DNA from: Thermoanaerobaculia bacterium
GTDB taxonomy: Bacteria > Acidobacteriota > Thermoanaerobaculia > Multivoradales > Multivoraceae
Direction of reading: 5' to 3'
Length of the DNA: 64,000 nucleotides
Assembly (NCBI GenBank): GCA_963664405.1
Contig: OY761158.1
Coordinates: 5,280,001 to 5,344,000, forward strand
Positions 27,895 to 38,816 of this stretch are shown here, in pieces. The position numbers and the translations under genes were made by a program. The stretch's first letter is position 1. Every line of letters begins with the position of its first letter. The notes under the pieces were generated by a model that made no database searches, was not told the origin of the DNA, and saw only the letters and a list, made by a program, of their open reading frames with translations.

Positions 27895-30264
27895 ATGGGA
27901 GTCCTAGGAACCTCCATCAGACGTCGAGAAGACCCGGCTCTAATTACCGGCCAAGGCAAGTACACCGACGACCTGACCCTGCCGGGCATGCTCCACGCCG
28001 CGATGGTGCGCAGCCCTCATGCACACGCACGGGTGAAGAATGTCGACGCTGCGGCCGCGCTGGCCCTGCCAGGGGTCACGGCGGTTTACACCGCCGCCGA
28101 CGTCGAGGCGAGCGCTCTGCCGGGAGTCCTTCCCGTAGCCTGGCTGCTGCCCGGTCTCAAGACCCCCGCCCATCCGATCCTCGCCGGAGATACGGTGCGC
28201 TATGTTGGCGATGCAGTTGCCGTCGTCGTCGCCGAGGACCGGTATCTGGCCAAGGATGCCGCTGACCTGGTGGAGGTGGAGTACGAGCCTCTGGGCTCGG
28301 TCACAGACCCGGCTCTGGCGGTTCAGGAAGGAGCGGTCCAGATCCATCAGGAGGCGGAGCGGAACATCGCTTTCGACTGGGACATCGGCGATCGCGAGAA
28401 GACCGATGCCGCGTTCGCTGTCGCCGCCAGCACGGCCGAGATCGAGCTGCGTAACAACCGTCTGATCCCTCACGCTATCGAGCCGCGAGCGGCGCTGGCG
28501 GACTTCGACACCATCGCCGGCAAGCTCACTCTGCGACTGACTTCGCAGAATCCACATGTACATCGGCTGCTCATGTTCCTCGCCTCGATTGGGCTGCCGG
28601 AGCACAAGATGAGGATCATCGCCCCGGAAGTGGGGGGCGGCTTCGGCAGCAAGATCGCGCACTATGCCGATGAGGCGATCACCAGTTTCTGCGCCATGCA
28701 GCTGGGGTGCCCGGTGAAATGGACGGCGACACGGAGCGAAACGAATCTCACCGACACTCACGGTCGCGATCACGTTACTCACGCTGCAATCGCGCTTGAC
28801 GAGGATCACAAGATCATTGGTCTCAAGGTGGAGACCCACGCGGCGCTCGGTGCGTATCTGTCGACTTTCGGCCCGGCGGTGCCCACCTATATGTATGCAC
28901 CCCTTCTTTCCGGGGCGTACGACATTCCGGCGATCCACGCCCACGTCCTCGGTTGCTTCACCACTACGACACCGGTCGACGCCTACCGCGGCGCCGGGCG
29001 TCCGGAAGCCACCTTTGTGATCGAGCGCCTCGTCGACCTCGCGGCGCTCGAGGTGGGCGTCGACCCCGCCGAGCTGCGGCGGAAGAACTTCGTGGTGCCG
29101 GAGAAGTTCCCCTACGAGACTCAGGTTGCTCTGACCTACGACAGCGGTAACTACGAGCCGGCCCTCGACCGTGCTCTCGAGATGGTCGGCTATGGCGAGC
29201 TTCGTCGAGAGCAGGCCCGCCGGCGCGAGGAAGGCGGCAATCTTCTTGGTATCGGCTTCTCGACCTACATCGAGGCCTGTGGCCAGGCCCCCTCGAAAGT
29301 AGCCGGCGCACTAGGTGCGCAGGCAGGCCTCTGGGAGAGCGCCGAAGTTCGGGTAAACCCTAGCGCCTCGGTGGTCGTCTTCACCGGCTCTTCGGCGCAC
29401 GGCCAGGGCCACGAGACGACCTTCTCCCAGATCGTGGCCGACCGACTCGGTATCGACATCGACGCGGTCGAGGTGGTCCATGGTGACACCGACCAGGTGC
29501 AGTTCGGCATGGGAACCTACGGAAGTCGTAGCGCTGCGGTCGGCGGAAGCGCCATCGCCAAGAGCGTCGACAAAATCATCGAGAAGGGTCGCAAGATCGC
29601 CGCCCACCTGCTCGAGGCAGCGGTGGAGGACGTCGACTTCGAAGACGGTCGATTCGGCGTAAAGGGAGCGCCGGATCAGAGCCTGGGGTTCGCCGATGTG
29701 GCACTGCAGGCCTACTTGGCCCACAACTATCCCGACGATTTGGAGCCTGGGCTGAGCGCGACTTCTTTCTACGATCCGGTCAACTTCACCTATCCCTTTG
29801 GGGCTCACATTGCGGTGGTCGAGATCGATACCGACACCGGCGCTGTGGGCTTGTTGAGATATGTCGCCGTCGACGATGTCGGCAACGTCATCAACCCGAT
29901 GATCGTCGAGGGCCAGATCCACGGCGGTGTGGCCCAAGGCATTGGACAGGCCCTCTGGGAGGGCGCGGTCTACGACGAGAGCGGCCAGCTGATTACCGGC
30001 ACGCTGATGGACTACGCTCTACCAAAGGCCCATAACCTGGTGTCCTTCGAGCTCGATCGCACCGTGACGCCCTGCCCTCACAACCCGTTGGGTGTGAAGG
30101 GAGTGGGGGAGGCCGGAGCCATTGCCTCTCCCGCCGCAGTGGTCAATAGCGTCGTGGACGCCTTGCAACATCTGGGAATCAAACACCTCGACATGCCCCT
30201 GACACCGGAGAAAGTGTGGCGGGCGATGTCAGACGCCGCGGATGGCGGCAACGGGAGCGACTGA
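27895..30264 (+). CDS. coxL: Molybdopterin large subunit, form II CoxL-like
   Basis: GGGFGSK, AYRGAGR (form II; form I is AYRCSFR) and GVKGVGEAG motifs. Confidence 0.92.
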   Translation: MGVLGTSIRRREDPALITGQGKYTDDLTLPGMLHAAMVRSPHAHARVKNVDAAAALALPGVTAVYTAADVEASALPGVLPVAWLLPGLKTPAHPILAGDTVRYVGDAVAVVVAEDRYLAKDAADLVEVEYEPLGSVTDPALAVQEGAVQIHQEAERNIAFDWDIGDREKTDAAFAVAASTAEIELRNNRLIPHAIEPRAALADFDTIAGKLTLRLTSQNPHVHRLLMFLASIGLPEHKMRIIAPEVGGGFGSKIAHYADEAITSFCAMQLGCPVKWTATRSETNLTDTHGRDHVTHAAIALDEDHKIIGLKVETHAALGAYLSTFGPAVPTYMYAPLLSGAYDIPAIHAHVLGCFTTTTPVDAYRGAGRPEATFVIERLVDLAALEVGVDPAELRRKNFVVPEKFPYETQVALTYDSGNYEPALDRALEMVGYGELRREQARRREEGGNLLGIGFSTYIEACGQAPSKVAGALGAQAGLWESAEVRVNPSASVVVFTGSSAHGQGHETTFSQIVADRLGIDIDAVEVVHGDTDQVQFGMGTYGSRSAAVGGSAIAKSVDKIIEKGRKIAAHLLEAAVEDVDFEDGRFGVKGAPDQSLGFADVALQAYLAHNYPDDLEPGLSATSFYDPVNFTYPFGAHIAVVEIDTDTGAVGLLRYVAVDDVGNVINPMIVEGQIHGGVAQGIGQALWEGAVYDESGQLITGTLMDYALPKAHNLVSFELDRTVTPCPHNPLGVKGVGEAGAIASPAAVVNSVVDALQHLGIKHLDMPLTPEKVWRAMSDAADGGNGSD

Positions 30265-31127
30265 TGTATCCAGCGAAATTCGACTACTACCGCGCTTCGA
30301 GCCTCGAGGAGGCACTCGACCTACTCGAGAAGCATGAAGATGCCAAGCTTCTGGCCGGCGGCCACAGTCTGCTTCCGATGATGAAGTTACGCCTCGCGCA
30401 ACCACCGAGCGTAATCGATATCGGTGGCCTGAGCGATCTCTCAGGGGTGACTCGGGACAACGGCAGCATCAAGGTCGGAGCGCTCACGACCCATGCCGAG
30501 ATCGCTTCCTCGCCGGTTCTGGCCGAGTCCTGCGGCATTCTCGCTGAGGCCGCGGGCGAGATCGGCGACCAGCAGGTGCGCAATCGAGGCACCATCGGCG
30601 GCAATCTGACCCATGCCGATCCCGGTTCGGATCTCCCAGCGGTCATCAGAGTGCTCGACGCCACTCTCCACATGGTGGGGAAGGGCGGCGCACGCTCGGT
30701 ACCGGCGGCCGAGTTTTTCGTTGATCTCCTCACCACTGCGCTGGAGGAAAAAGAGATCTTGACCGCGGTGGAGGTTCCGGCTCTGGGGGCCGGAGCCGGC
30801 GCCAGCTATATGAAGTTCGAGCACCCTGCCTCCGGCTACGCTGTGGTGGGGGCAGCGGCGGTGGTGTCTCTCGCCGGCGATGGTAGTTGTGAGAGCGCCG
30901 CGCTCTACTTCAACGGAGTAACAGCGACACCGCTCGAAGCGGCGGGGATAGGTGCGGCACTGGCCGGGCAGAACCTCAGCGACGCGGTGATCGATGCCGC
31001 CGTCGACGCAAAGGTAACGGCCGAGGATCCCTTGGGCGATGTGTTTGCTTCGGGCAGCTATCGTCTGCATCTCGCCAAGGTCTATGGCAAGCGGGCCCTG
31101 CGTACGGCCCGAGATCGGGCGGCCTGA
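30264..31127 (+). CDS. coxM: FAD-binding medium subunit CoxM
   Basis: LAGGHSLLP and [11 protein letters not shown] motifs; TGATG overlap with coxL. Confidence 0.93.
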   Translation: MYPAKFDYYRASSLEEALDLLEKHEDAKLLAGGHSLLPMMKLRLAQPPSVIDIGGLSDLSGVTRDNGSIKVGALTTHAEIASSPVLAESCGILAEAAGEIGDQQVRNRGTIGGNLTHADPGSDLPAVIRVLDATLHMVGKGGARSVPAAEFFVDLLTTALEEKEILTAVEVPALGAGAGASYMKFEHPASGYAVVGAAAVVSLAGDGSCESAALYFNGVTATPLEAAGIGAALAGQNLSDAVIDAAVDAKVTAEDPLGDVFASGSYRLHLAKVYGKRALRTARDRAA

Positions 31128-31153
31128 GCCAGAAGGTAGATCGGAGCGCTGTT

Positions 31154-32047
31154 TTGACATCGATCGACGAGGTCCGGGCGAGCCTGGCGGAGGCTGGCTA
31201 CGTCGCCGATCGTGGCCTCGCGACGTCGATCTTCCTCGCTCTCCAGCTCGAAAAACCTCTCTTCCTCGAAGGCGAGGCCGGGGTCGGCAAGACCGAGGTC
31301 GCCAAGGTTCTCTCGGCGGTTCTCCAGCGGCCGCTGATCCGACTTCAGTGCTACGAGGGTCTCGACCTTCAGACTGCGGTCTACGAGTGGAACTACACCC
31401 AGCAAATCTTGCAGATCCGAGTGCTCGAGGCTCGGGGAGAAGGTGAATCGGCCGACCTCGCCGGGCTTTTCTCTCGCGACTTTCTCCTCAAGCGACCTCT
31501 GCTCGAGGCTATCGACGTTCCCGAGGGCGCAGTGGCTCCGGTTCTTCTGATCGACGAGCTCGACCGTGCCGATGAGGAATTCGAGGCCTACTTGCTCGAG
31601 CTACTCTCCGATTTTCAGATCTCCATCCCGGAGCTGGGAACCATCCGAGCCGAAGATCCGCCGGTGGTCGTCGTCACCTCGAATCGTACCCGCGAGATCC
31701 ACGATGCTCTGAAGCGTCGCTGCCTTTACCAGTGGATCGACTACCCAGGCTTCGAGAAAGAGATCGAGATCGTCCGTCGCAAAGCGCCTGGCGCGTCAGA
31801 GCAGCTCGCTCGGGAGGTGGTCGCCTTTGTTCAGGAGCTGCGCGGGGAGGAGCTCTTCAAACGGCCCGGGGTGGCAGAGACGCTGGATTGGATCCACGCA
31901 CTGGTGGCGCTCGATCGAGAGACCCTGAGTGACGAGATCGTCGGCGACACCTTGGGAGTGCTGCTCAAGTACCAGGACGACATCGGCTTCGTTCGCGATG
32001 CCGGGGTCGCAAGACTCCTCGAGCGTAGCCGAGCCCAGGGCGTTTGA
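31154..32047 (+). CDS. coxD: MoxR AAA+ ATPase CoxD
   Basis: GEAGVGKT, RLQCYEG, LLIDELDR and DALKRRC motifs. Confidence 0.9.
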   Translation: MTSIDEVRASLAEAGYVADRGLATSIFLALQLEKPLFLEGEAGVGKTEVAKVLSAVLQRPLIRLQCYEGLDLQTAVYEWNYTQQILQIRVLEARGEGESADLAGLFSRDFLLKRPLLEAIDVPEGAVAPVLLIDELDRADEEFEAYLLELLSDFQISIPELGTIRAEDPPVVVVTSNRTREIHDALKRRCLYQWIDYPGFEKEIEIVRRKAPGASEQLAREVVAFVQELRGEELFKRPGVAETLDWIHALVALDRETLSDEIVGDTLGVLLKYQDDIGFVRDAGVARLLERSRAQGV

Positions 32048-32092
32048 TGCCGGAGGTCCAGGGCACCCCACCTCACCGCGTGCTCGTCGCAT

Positions 32093-32300
32093 CCTACGGA
32101 AGTGATCGGTATCACTTCCTCCGGATGCGGAACATGGCGCCGAGGACGGCGCATCCCGAACCCTACGGAAGTGATCGGTATCACTTCCTCCGGATGCGGA
32201 ACATGGCGCCGAGGACGGCGCATCCCGAACCCTACGGAAGTGATCGGTATCACTTCCTCCGGATGCGGAACATGGCGCCGAGGACGGCGCATCCCGAACC
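32093..32300. repeat. Three tandem 69-bp REP/BIME-like units
   Basis: CCTACGGAAGTGATCGGTATCACTTCC...CATGGCGCCGAGGACGGCGC at 32093, 32162 and 32231. Confidence 0.9.
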
Positions 32301-32456
32301 TCCGGCCATTCAGCTGCACCCCACTCACCGCCAACGTACCCCTCAGTACGCCTACGTCGCCGAGCTCCTGCGCTGCGGCGATCTGGGGCACCCTGAACGC
32401 CCGGCACGAGCGATACTGTCTCGCGCTGAGATGCGAGCTATTGGAGGTCTCGAGTC

Positions 32457-33647
32457 TTGAGCCCGGATGCGGACTCCGGGCATCTGCTACGGAATATGGT
32501 CTTGTTCGCTCGGTTGCTGCGGGCGGTAGGAGTTGGGGTGACGTCGGCGCAGGTGCAAGAGTGGGTGCGGGCATTGGCCCACATCGATCTGCGCCTTCGC
32601 GGCGACTTTCGAAGCGCTGCACAGACTGTGTTGGTGACGCGCCAGGAGGATTTGGTGTGGTTCGGGACTGCTTTCGATCTCTTCTTTGTGGCCCGCGATC
32701 CACGCGAGCTGGCGGAGATGGATCTTGGTCTCCTGGTCCAGCGAGTCACCCGGCGAGTGCGCCGACGGCTGGAGTCCGGCATCGGCGGCTCGGGCCGCTC
32801 CGGAGAAGAGGGTGAGGAGCCGCGTACCCAGCGGGTTTACACCTGGAGCGACAACGAGGTCTTGCGGCGTAAGGATTTCGCGGACCTCGACGGGGCTGAG
32901 CTGGACCAGGTCAAGGCGCTGATCCGAAAGATGAACTGGCGCCTCGATCTACGGCGCACTCGTCGACGGATACCGGCCCGCCATGGGGCGGCGGATCTTC
33001 GTCGCAGCCTGCGTCGCAGCCTCGGCAAGGGGGGAGAGATTCTGGAGCTCGCGCGCAGGGACCGTAAGGTGAAGACTCGGCCGCTCGCGGTGCTTTGCGA
33101 CATCAGCGGCTCGATGGAGCCCTACGCTCGTATTCTGCTCCAGTTCATGTACGCCGCGACTAGTGGCCTCGATAGAACTGAGGCTTTCGTGTTCGGCACC
33201 CGTCTCACTCGCATCACCGGCGAGCTGCGGCATCGGGACGTGGATGCGGCTCTGCGCGCCGTTCACCGGGAAGTCGAGGATTTCGGAGGCGGTACCCGAA
33301 TAGGTGAAGCGATCCGTAGCTTCAACTACCAATGGAGTCGCCGAGTACTGGGCCAGGGAGCTGCGGTCCTGATCATCAGCGACGGCTGGGATCGTGGCGA
33401 CCCGGAAGTGCTCGGGCGCGAGATGGGGCGGCTGCAGCGAAGCGCGCACCGAGTCATTTGGCTCAACCCCCTTCTCGGTTCACCCCGCTACGAGCCCCTG
33501 ACGCGTGGCATTCAGGCGGCGCTGCCCTATGTCGATGATTTTCTCCCAGTCCACAACTTGCAGAGTCTCGAGGAGCTTGGTCGACATCTGACGACACTCT
33601 CTCCGAGACCGGGGCGGCTCTTGAGCAAACACGTGTCCGCGGCTTAG
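32457..33647 (+). CDS. coxE: vWA domain protein CoxE
   Basis: CDISGSM, FGTRLTRIT, GGTRIG, ISDGWD and WLNPL motifs. Confidence 0.9.
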   Translation: MSPDADSGHLLRNMVLFARLLRAVGVGVTSAQVQEWVRALAHIDLRLRGDFRSAAQTVLVTRQEDLVWFGTAFDLFFVARDPRELAEMDLGLLVQRVTRRVRRRLESGIGGSGRSGEEGEEPRTQRVYTWSDNEVLRRKDFADLDGAELDQVKALIRKMNWRLDLRRTRRRIPARHGAADLRRSLRRSLGKGGEILELARRDRKVKTRPLAVLCDISGSMEPYARILLQFMYAATSGLDRTEAFVFGTRLTRITGELRHRDVDAALRAVHREVEDFGGGTRIGEAIRSFNYQWSRRVLGQGAAVLIISDGWDRGDPEVLGREMGRLQRSAHRVIWLNPLLGSPRYEPLTRGIQAALPYVDDFLPVHNLQSLEELGRHLTTLSPRPGRLLSKHVSAA

Positions 33648-33675
33648 GAGCGCGCGGCCGAAAGGACCGAAGACC

Positions 33676-34353
33676 ATGTCGGAATTTGTGAGCTACAGCC
33701 AGGAAGACGGCATTGCGACGTTGACCATGGACGACGGGAAGGCGAACGCCTTCGGCCCAGCGATGATCGCCGCCCTCGGAGAGGGTCTCGATCAGGCCGA
33801 GCGCGAAGCCAAGGTGGTGATCGTGACCGGCCGGCCCGGAGTCTTCTGCGCCGGCTTCGATCTCAACATCATTCGCGGCGACGACGAAGCGGCGAAGCAA
33901 GCCATGCGCTCGGCCGGCGAAGAGCTCGTACTGCGGATCTACTTACACCCGCAGCCGGTGATCTTGGCGAGCTCGGGGCATGCGCTGGCGGCGGGCGCGC
34001 TGTTGCTCTTGAGCGGCGATTATCGGCTCGGCGCCGAAGGTGATTTCAAGACCGGCCTCAACGAAGTAACCATCGGCCTTCCCCTACCGCCCTTCGGCCT
34101 CGAGCTCGCTCGCGACCGGCTGAGCAAGGCTGCTCTGACCCAGGCGACGCTGACTTCACGTATCTACGATCCTGAGGGTGCGGTGGAAGCCGGCTACCTC
34201 GATGCCACCGCAGCGCCGGATGCGCTGGCGGCGACGGCTGAGAATCTGGCGCGACAGATGCTGGCCCTCGACGGCGCGGCCTTCGCGGCCACCAAAGAGC
34301 GCCTGCGCCGCCAGACCTTGGATCGGATTCGAGAAGGCGTCGCGCGTCTATAG
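33676..34353 (+). CDS. Crotonase / enoyl-CoA hydratase family protein
   Basis: MDDGKANA, FCAGFDL, GHALAAG and GLNEV motifs. Confidence 0.88.
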   Translation: MSEFVSYSQEDGIATLTMDDGKANAFGPAMIAALGEGLDQAEREAKVVIVTGRPGVFCAGFDLNIIRGDDEAAKQAMRSAGEELVLRIYLHPQPVILASSGHALAAGALLLLSGDYRLGAEGDFKTGLNEVTIGLPLPPFGLELARDRLSKAALTQATLTSRIYDPEGAVEAGYLDATAAPDALAATAENLARQMLALDGAAFAATKERLRRQTLDRIREGVARL

Positions 34354-34926
34354 GAGCTTGCGCGGCAGGAAACGAAACGGGGGACCAGGTGCCGCGGTTC
34401 TCGGCGACGACCCGCTCAGAGACCCGCAGAATCCGTCTGCGCCGTTCCCCGGAGCGAATAGGAAGTAACGCCCAAGTGCGCCGTCCTCGGCGCCAGACAG
34501 CAATGAGCCTCCGGAAGTGATACCAATCACTTCCGGAGGCGATCGGAAATGACGCGCTTGGCCTAAAGAAACTTTCAGAGTCGGTTTGAGGGGTTCCCCG
34601 GAGCGAATAGGAAGCAATGCCCGAGTGCGCCGTCCTCGGCGCCAAAGAGCAACTAGCTTTCGGAAATGACGCGCTTGGCCTAAAGAAACTTTCAGAGTCG
34701 GTTTGAGGGGTTCCCCGGAGCGAATAGGAAGCAATGCCCGAGTGCGCCGTCCTCGGCGCCAAAGAGCAACTAGTTTTCGGAAATGACGCGCTTGGCCTAA
34801 AGAAACTTTCAGGGTCGGTTTGAGGGGTTCCCCGGAGCGAATAGGAAGCAATGCCCGAGTGCGCCGTCCTCGGCGCCAAAGAGCAACTAGCTTTCGGAAA
34901 TGATACCCATCATTTTCGAAAGCTAG
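34351..34926. repeat. Composite REP/BIME-like element with 117-bp tandem units between convergent TAG stops
   Basis: GTGCGCCGTCCTCGGCGCCA at 34476, 34625, 34742 and 34859; hairpins at 34507-34540 and 34887-34926. Confidence 0.9.
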
Positions 34927-36521
34927 TAGGGATAGGGCATCTCGCCGACGGGGACCTCGATCAGGCTCGGCGCCTCGGTGGCGAGTGCCTCCACGAGCGC
35001 CTTCTCCAGCTCCTCGGCGGTGGTCACACGCGCGCCTCTAGCTCCGTACGCGTCGGCGAGTTTCATGAAGTCCGGGTTGCGCAACTTCGAGCCGTACACT
35101 CTGCCATCGAAGCGGTTGCTCTGGTCGCGCATGACGTTGCCGAAGGCACTGTCGTTGAAGACGATGACCACGGCGTTGATCTCATGCTGCACCGCGGTGG
35201 CAAGCTCTTGTGCGTTGTACATGAACCCGCCATCGCCGGAGATGGCGACTACGGCCGCATCGGGCCGCGCCACCTTGGCGCCGAGGGCGGTCGGGTAGGC
35301 ATAGCCCAGGTTGCCGAAATAGCCCGACGTCAAGAATGTGCCAGGCTCGTAGACCGGGAAGTAGGGGCGGCTGTAGTAGCCCACCTGGGTCATGCCGGGA
35401 ATGATCACGCCATCGTCCGGCACCGCGTTGCGAATTGCTTGTAGAAACCCGGCTAGTGGCTCCAGGTTGGCATGAGGGCTCTCGCGGCGCTCCCGTTTCA
35501 GGGCTCCGATCTCGTCGGTCCGGTCGGCTCTCGTCGCGCCGCCCGAAAGAGCGCCGTGGAGTGCTTCGAGAGTCGCCTTGGCATCACCCAGGAGCCCGAA
35601 AGTGTTGTCATAGTTGCGGCCGATCTCAGCCTCGTCCATGTCGATCTGCAGCACAGTCTGGCCGCTCAGCAGCCCCGGTACGACCAGGCGCGAGCCCACC
35701 GCTAGCACGACATCGCATTGCTCGACGAAACCGACGATCGGATCGTCGCGAAGACGCAGCGCCCCAAGGGCGAGAGCATGGCGATCGGAGATCGCTCCCT
35801 TGCCTTCAGAGGTGGTGAGGACCGGAGCCTGCAGAAGCTCGGCGAGCTGCTGAAGGGCCGCGGTGGATTTAGAGGAGATGGCGCCGCCACCGGCGAGGAT
35901 GATGGGGTTCTTGGCGTTGCCGAGAATCTCCGCTGCCTTTTCGACCTGCTCGGGGCTGGCCGGTGGCCGGATCGCTTCCGCAGGATCGAGCAGCTCGATG
36001 TCCGCTTCCTCGGCCAGAGCCTCGGGCGGGATCTCGATCTCGACCGGACGTGGCCGGCCGGTTCTGAGCTGCCTAAAAGCCTCCTGGACGTTGGCGGGGA
36101 CGTCCTTCGCCTCCAAAATGCGCGACGCCCACTTGGTGACCGGACGGATGGTGTCCATCTGATCGTTCACTTCGTGCAGCGCCCCCCGATCGACACCGAT
36201 GAGGTGGCGCTCGATTTGCCCGGAGACCACCAGGATGGGGGAAGAAGCCGAATAGGCAGTGCCGATTCCAGCCGAGGCGTTCTGTAGCCCGGGTCCCGGC
36301 ACCACCAGAGCGGTACCGATGCCGCCGCCGGCGCGCGCGTACCCGTCCGCCATGTAGGTCGTCGACTGTTCGTGGCGAGTGGTGATAAAGCGAATGTCGG
36401 ACTCGTGGTGAAGCCCGTCGAGGAGGTGATAAAGCTGCACGCCGGGCAGGCCAAAAATAACGCGTACACCTTCACGAACAAGGGACTTGGCTAGTGCCTG
36501 ACCACCGGTCATCATCGGCAT
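34923..36521 (-). CDS. ThDP-dependent enzyme (acetolactate synthase-like family)
   Basis: RHEQ..YMADGYAR, PGPG and GDGGFMY...NDSAFG motifs. Confidence 0.88.
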   Translation of the reverse strand: MPMMTGGQALAKSLVREGVRVIFGLPGVQLYHLLDGLHHESDIRFITTRHEQSTTYMADGYARAGGGIGTALVVPGPGLQNASAGIGTAYSASSPILVVSGQIERHLIGVDRGALHEVNDQMDTIRPVTKWASRILEAKDVPANVQEAFRQLRTGRPRPVEIEIPPEALAEEADIELLDPAEAIRPPASPEQVEKAAEILGNAKNPIILAGGGAISSKSTAALQQLAELLQAPVLTTSEGKGAISDRHALALGALRLRDDPIVGFVEQCDVVLAVGSRLVVPGLLSGQTVLQIDMDEAEIGRNYDNTFGLLGDAKATLEALHGALSGGATRADRTDEIGALKRERRESPHANLEPLAGFLQAIRNAVPDDGVIIPGMTQVGYYSRPYFPVYEPGTFLTSGYFGNLGYAYPTALGAKVARPDAAVVAISGDGGFMYNAQELATAVQHEINAVVIVFNDSAFGNVMRDQSNRFDGRVYGSKLRNPDFMKLADAYGARGARVTTAEELEKALVEALATEAPSLIEVPVGEMPYPY

Positions 36522-36823
36522 TCTCTACTACTCCTCATGTATTGACCTTTGAAAGTCGCGTCTCGCTTCTCCACGAGCGACTTCGCTCTTTCTTGGATGT
36601 CCTCGCTCCCCAACAGCGGCGTGAGCTCTAGATGCACGTGATCGACGTGCGGCTCCTTCTCCTCAGGCAGCGGACACTTTCACGCTGCGGAGGTGGCGGT
36701 CAAGAAAAAGGAATCCCGGCTCGGAGAAAATACGCCGGAGCCCGCCTCACGATAGGATCCCTCGATAACGTGGAAGGATGCTTTCGCGACCCTAGCGCCT
36801 CGTTTTTCCCATCAGGAGACCGA

Positions 36824-38482
36824 ATGAACGGATTTGACCTCATCGCCCGGTGCCTCAAAGCGGAAGGCGTCGAATGGATGGCCTGTTTCCCCAACAACCC
36901 ATTGATCGAGTCTTGCGCCAAGATCGACATCCGGCCCATCGTCTTCCGTCAGGAGCGTGGCGGCATCAACGCGATCGACGGTTATGCCCGGCAGACCGCC
37001 GGCAAGAAGATCGGTATCTTCGCCTCGCAATCCGGCCCCGGCGTGGAGAATTCTTTCGGCGGCATCGCGCAGGCCTGGGGCGAGGGCGTACCGATCATCT
37101 TTCTTCCCGGCGGCAGCGGTCTTCGCAGCTACGACGTCAAGCCGAATTTCTCGGCGATCAAGAATTACGGGGAAGTCACTAAGGCCGCTTTGTCGATCGA
37201 CCACCCGGGGCGAACCACGATGCAGATGCAGCGGGCCTTCCACGTCGTGCGCCAAGGTCGGCCGGGGCCGGTGCTGGTGGAGATGCACGGCGACGTTTTG
37301 CGCCACGAGGTGAAGGAGGGGGCCGAGGACGCCTATCGGGCGACCCGCTCGATCCCATACGCCCCCAGCCGAGGCGACGTCAAGGACGCGGTAAGGGCGC
37401 TCCTGTCCGCTTCAAATCCCGTGATCCTCGCCGGGCAGGGGGTGCTTTACGCCTCGGCAGCGGCCGAGCTCAAGGAGCTGGCTGAGCTATCGCAGATTCC
37501 GGTCATTACCACGATGCAGGGCAAGAGCGCTTTCCCAGACGATCACCCGCTCGCGCTCGGCTCGGCCAACCGAACAGCCCCAAAGGGCGTGTGGAAATGG
37601 CTGGGCGAGTCCGACACGGTCTTCGCCGTCGGCTCAGGGCTCACTCGCACCGTCTTCGGTATCGACGTGCCCGGCGGAAAGTTCCTCATTCATTCGACGA
37701 TCTCACCTGAAGACATCAACAAGGACTACACCGTCGATCTGGGCCTGGTGGGCGACGCGAAGCTCACTCTCGAGATGATGATCGAAGAGGTGAAGGCTGA
37801 GGTGGGAGAGAGCGGCCGACCGGTCAATCAGGCCACTGTCGACCTGATCGCCCACACCAAGGCCGCGTGGCTCGAGGAGTGGGCGCCGCTGTTGAATTCG
37901 GACGAGACGCCGATCAACCCCTATCGAGTGATCAACGAGATCAACAAGACGGTCGATCACGCCAACACCGTCATGACCCATGACGCGGGAAACCCTCGCG
38001 ACCAGATCATGCCCTTCTACAAAGCGACGGTCCCCTATGGGTACATTGGCTGGGGCAAGACCACCCATCTCGGCTACGGCATCCCGCTCGCGATGGGTGC
38101 AAAGATGGCCGATCCTTCGAAGATCTGCATGAATTTGATGGGCGACCTGGCCTTCGGTCACACCGGCATGGAGATCGAGACCGCGGTGCGCGAGGAGATC
38201 CCGATCACTACCGTCGTCATCAACAACAGAACCATGGGTGGCTACGATCACCACATGCCGGTGGCGATGGAAAAGTACGGTGCCGGGAATCAGGGTGGTG
38301 ATTATGCCGGGGTTGCCCGCGCTCTCGGCGCCGAGGCTATCGACGTCGACGAGGTGAACGGAATCGCGCCGGCCATCGAGACGGCGCAGAACCTCAACCG
38401 CGATGGCAAGGTCGTCGTGGTCGAAGTCGCTACCCGCCAGGACACCCGCTTTTCGCAATACACCGACTACTTCAAGAAGTAG
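36824..38482 (+). CDS. ThDP-dependent enzyme (lyase/decarboxylase of unknown substrate)
   Basis: RQERGG..DGYAR, GPGVEN and GDLAF...INN motifs. AGGAG RBS. Confidence 0.85.
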   Translation: MNGFDLIARCLKAEGVEWMACFPNNPLIESCAKIDIRPIVFRQERGGINAIDGYARQTAGKKIGIFASQSGPGVENSFGGIAQAWGEGVPIIFLPGGSGLRSYDVKPNFSAIKNYGEVTKAALSIDHPGRTTMQMQRAFHVVRQGRPGPVLVEMHGDVLRHEVKEGAEDAYRATRSIPYAPSRGDVKDAVRALLSASNPVILAGQGVLYASAAAELKELAELSQIPVITTMQGKSAFPDDHPLALGSANRTAPKGVWKWLGESDTVFAVGSGLTRTVFGIDVPGGKFLIHSTISPEDINKDYTVDLGLVGDAKLTLEMMIEEVKAEVGESGRPVNQATVDLIAHTKAAWLEEWAPLLNSDETPINPYRVINEINKTVDHANTVMTHDAGNPRDQIMPFYKATVPYGYIGWGKTTHLGYGIPLAMGAKMADPSKICMNLMGDLAFGHTGMEIETAVREEIPITTVVINNRTMGGYDHHMPVAMEKYGAGNQGGDYAGVARALGAEAIDVDEVNGIAPAIETAQNLNRDGKVVVVEVATRQDTRFSQYTDYFKK

Positions 38483-38501
38483 TCGATCGAGGAGGAGTCA
38501 G

Positions 38502-38813
38502 ATGCGCGACATTCTCTCGGACATCGAGCGCTGGCAATCCGAAGGGGAGGGCGTAGCGATTGCGACTCTCATCAAGGCCACCGGGTCTTCTCCGCGACCG
38601 CTGGGCTCCAAGCTGGCGATCTCGTCCGGTGGCTCGATGGCGGGGTCGGTGAGTGGTGGCTGTGTCGAAGGAGCGGTGTTCGAGGAGGCCCAAGAGGTCC
38701 TCAGTGAAGGCACGCCGAAGCGCCTCTACTACGGCATTAGTGACGAGCAGGCATGGTCGGTCGGTCTCACCTGTGGCGGAGAGATCGAGGTTTTGGTGGA
38801 GAGGCTCGACTGA
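38502..38813 (+). CDS. XdhC/CoxI N-terminal domain protein
   Basis: GSSPRPLG, GSVSGGCVE and GLTCGG motifs. Confidence 0.85.
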   Translation: MRDILSDIERWQSEGEGVAIATLIKATGSSPRPLGSKLAISSGGSMAGSVSGGCVEGAVFEEAQEVLSEGTPKRLYYGISDEQAWSVGLTCGGEIEVLVERLD

Positions 38814-38816
38814 GCG

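Noticed and set aside
27895-30264. Bona fide aerobic CO dehydrogenase
   Set aside because: The active-site motif is AYRGAGR and the gene order is S-L-M, both form II traits.
36522-36823. TPP riboswitch between the divergent ThDP genes
   Set aside because: No CTGAGA / ACCTGA / GGATAATGCC-type consensus was seen on either strand.
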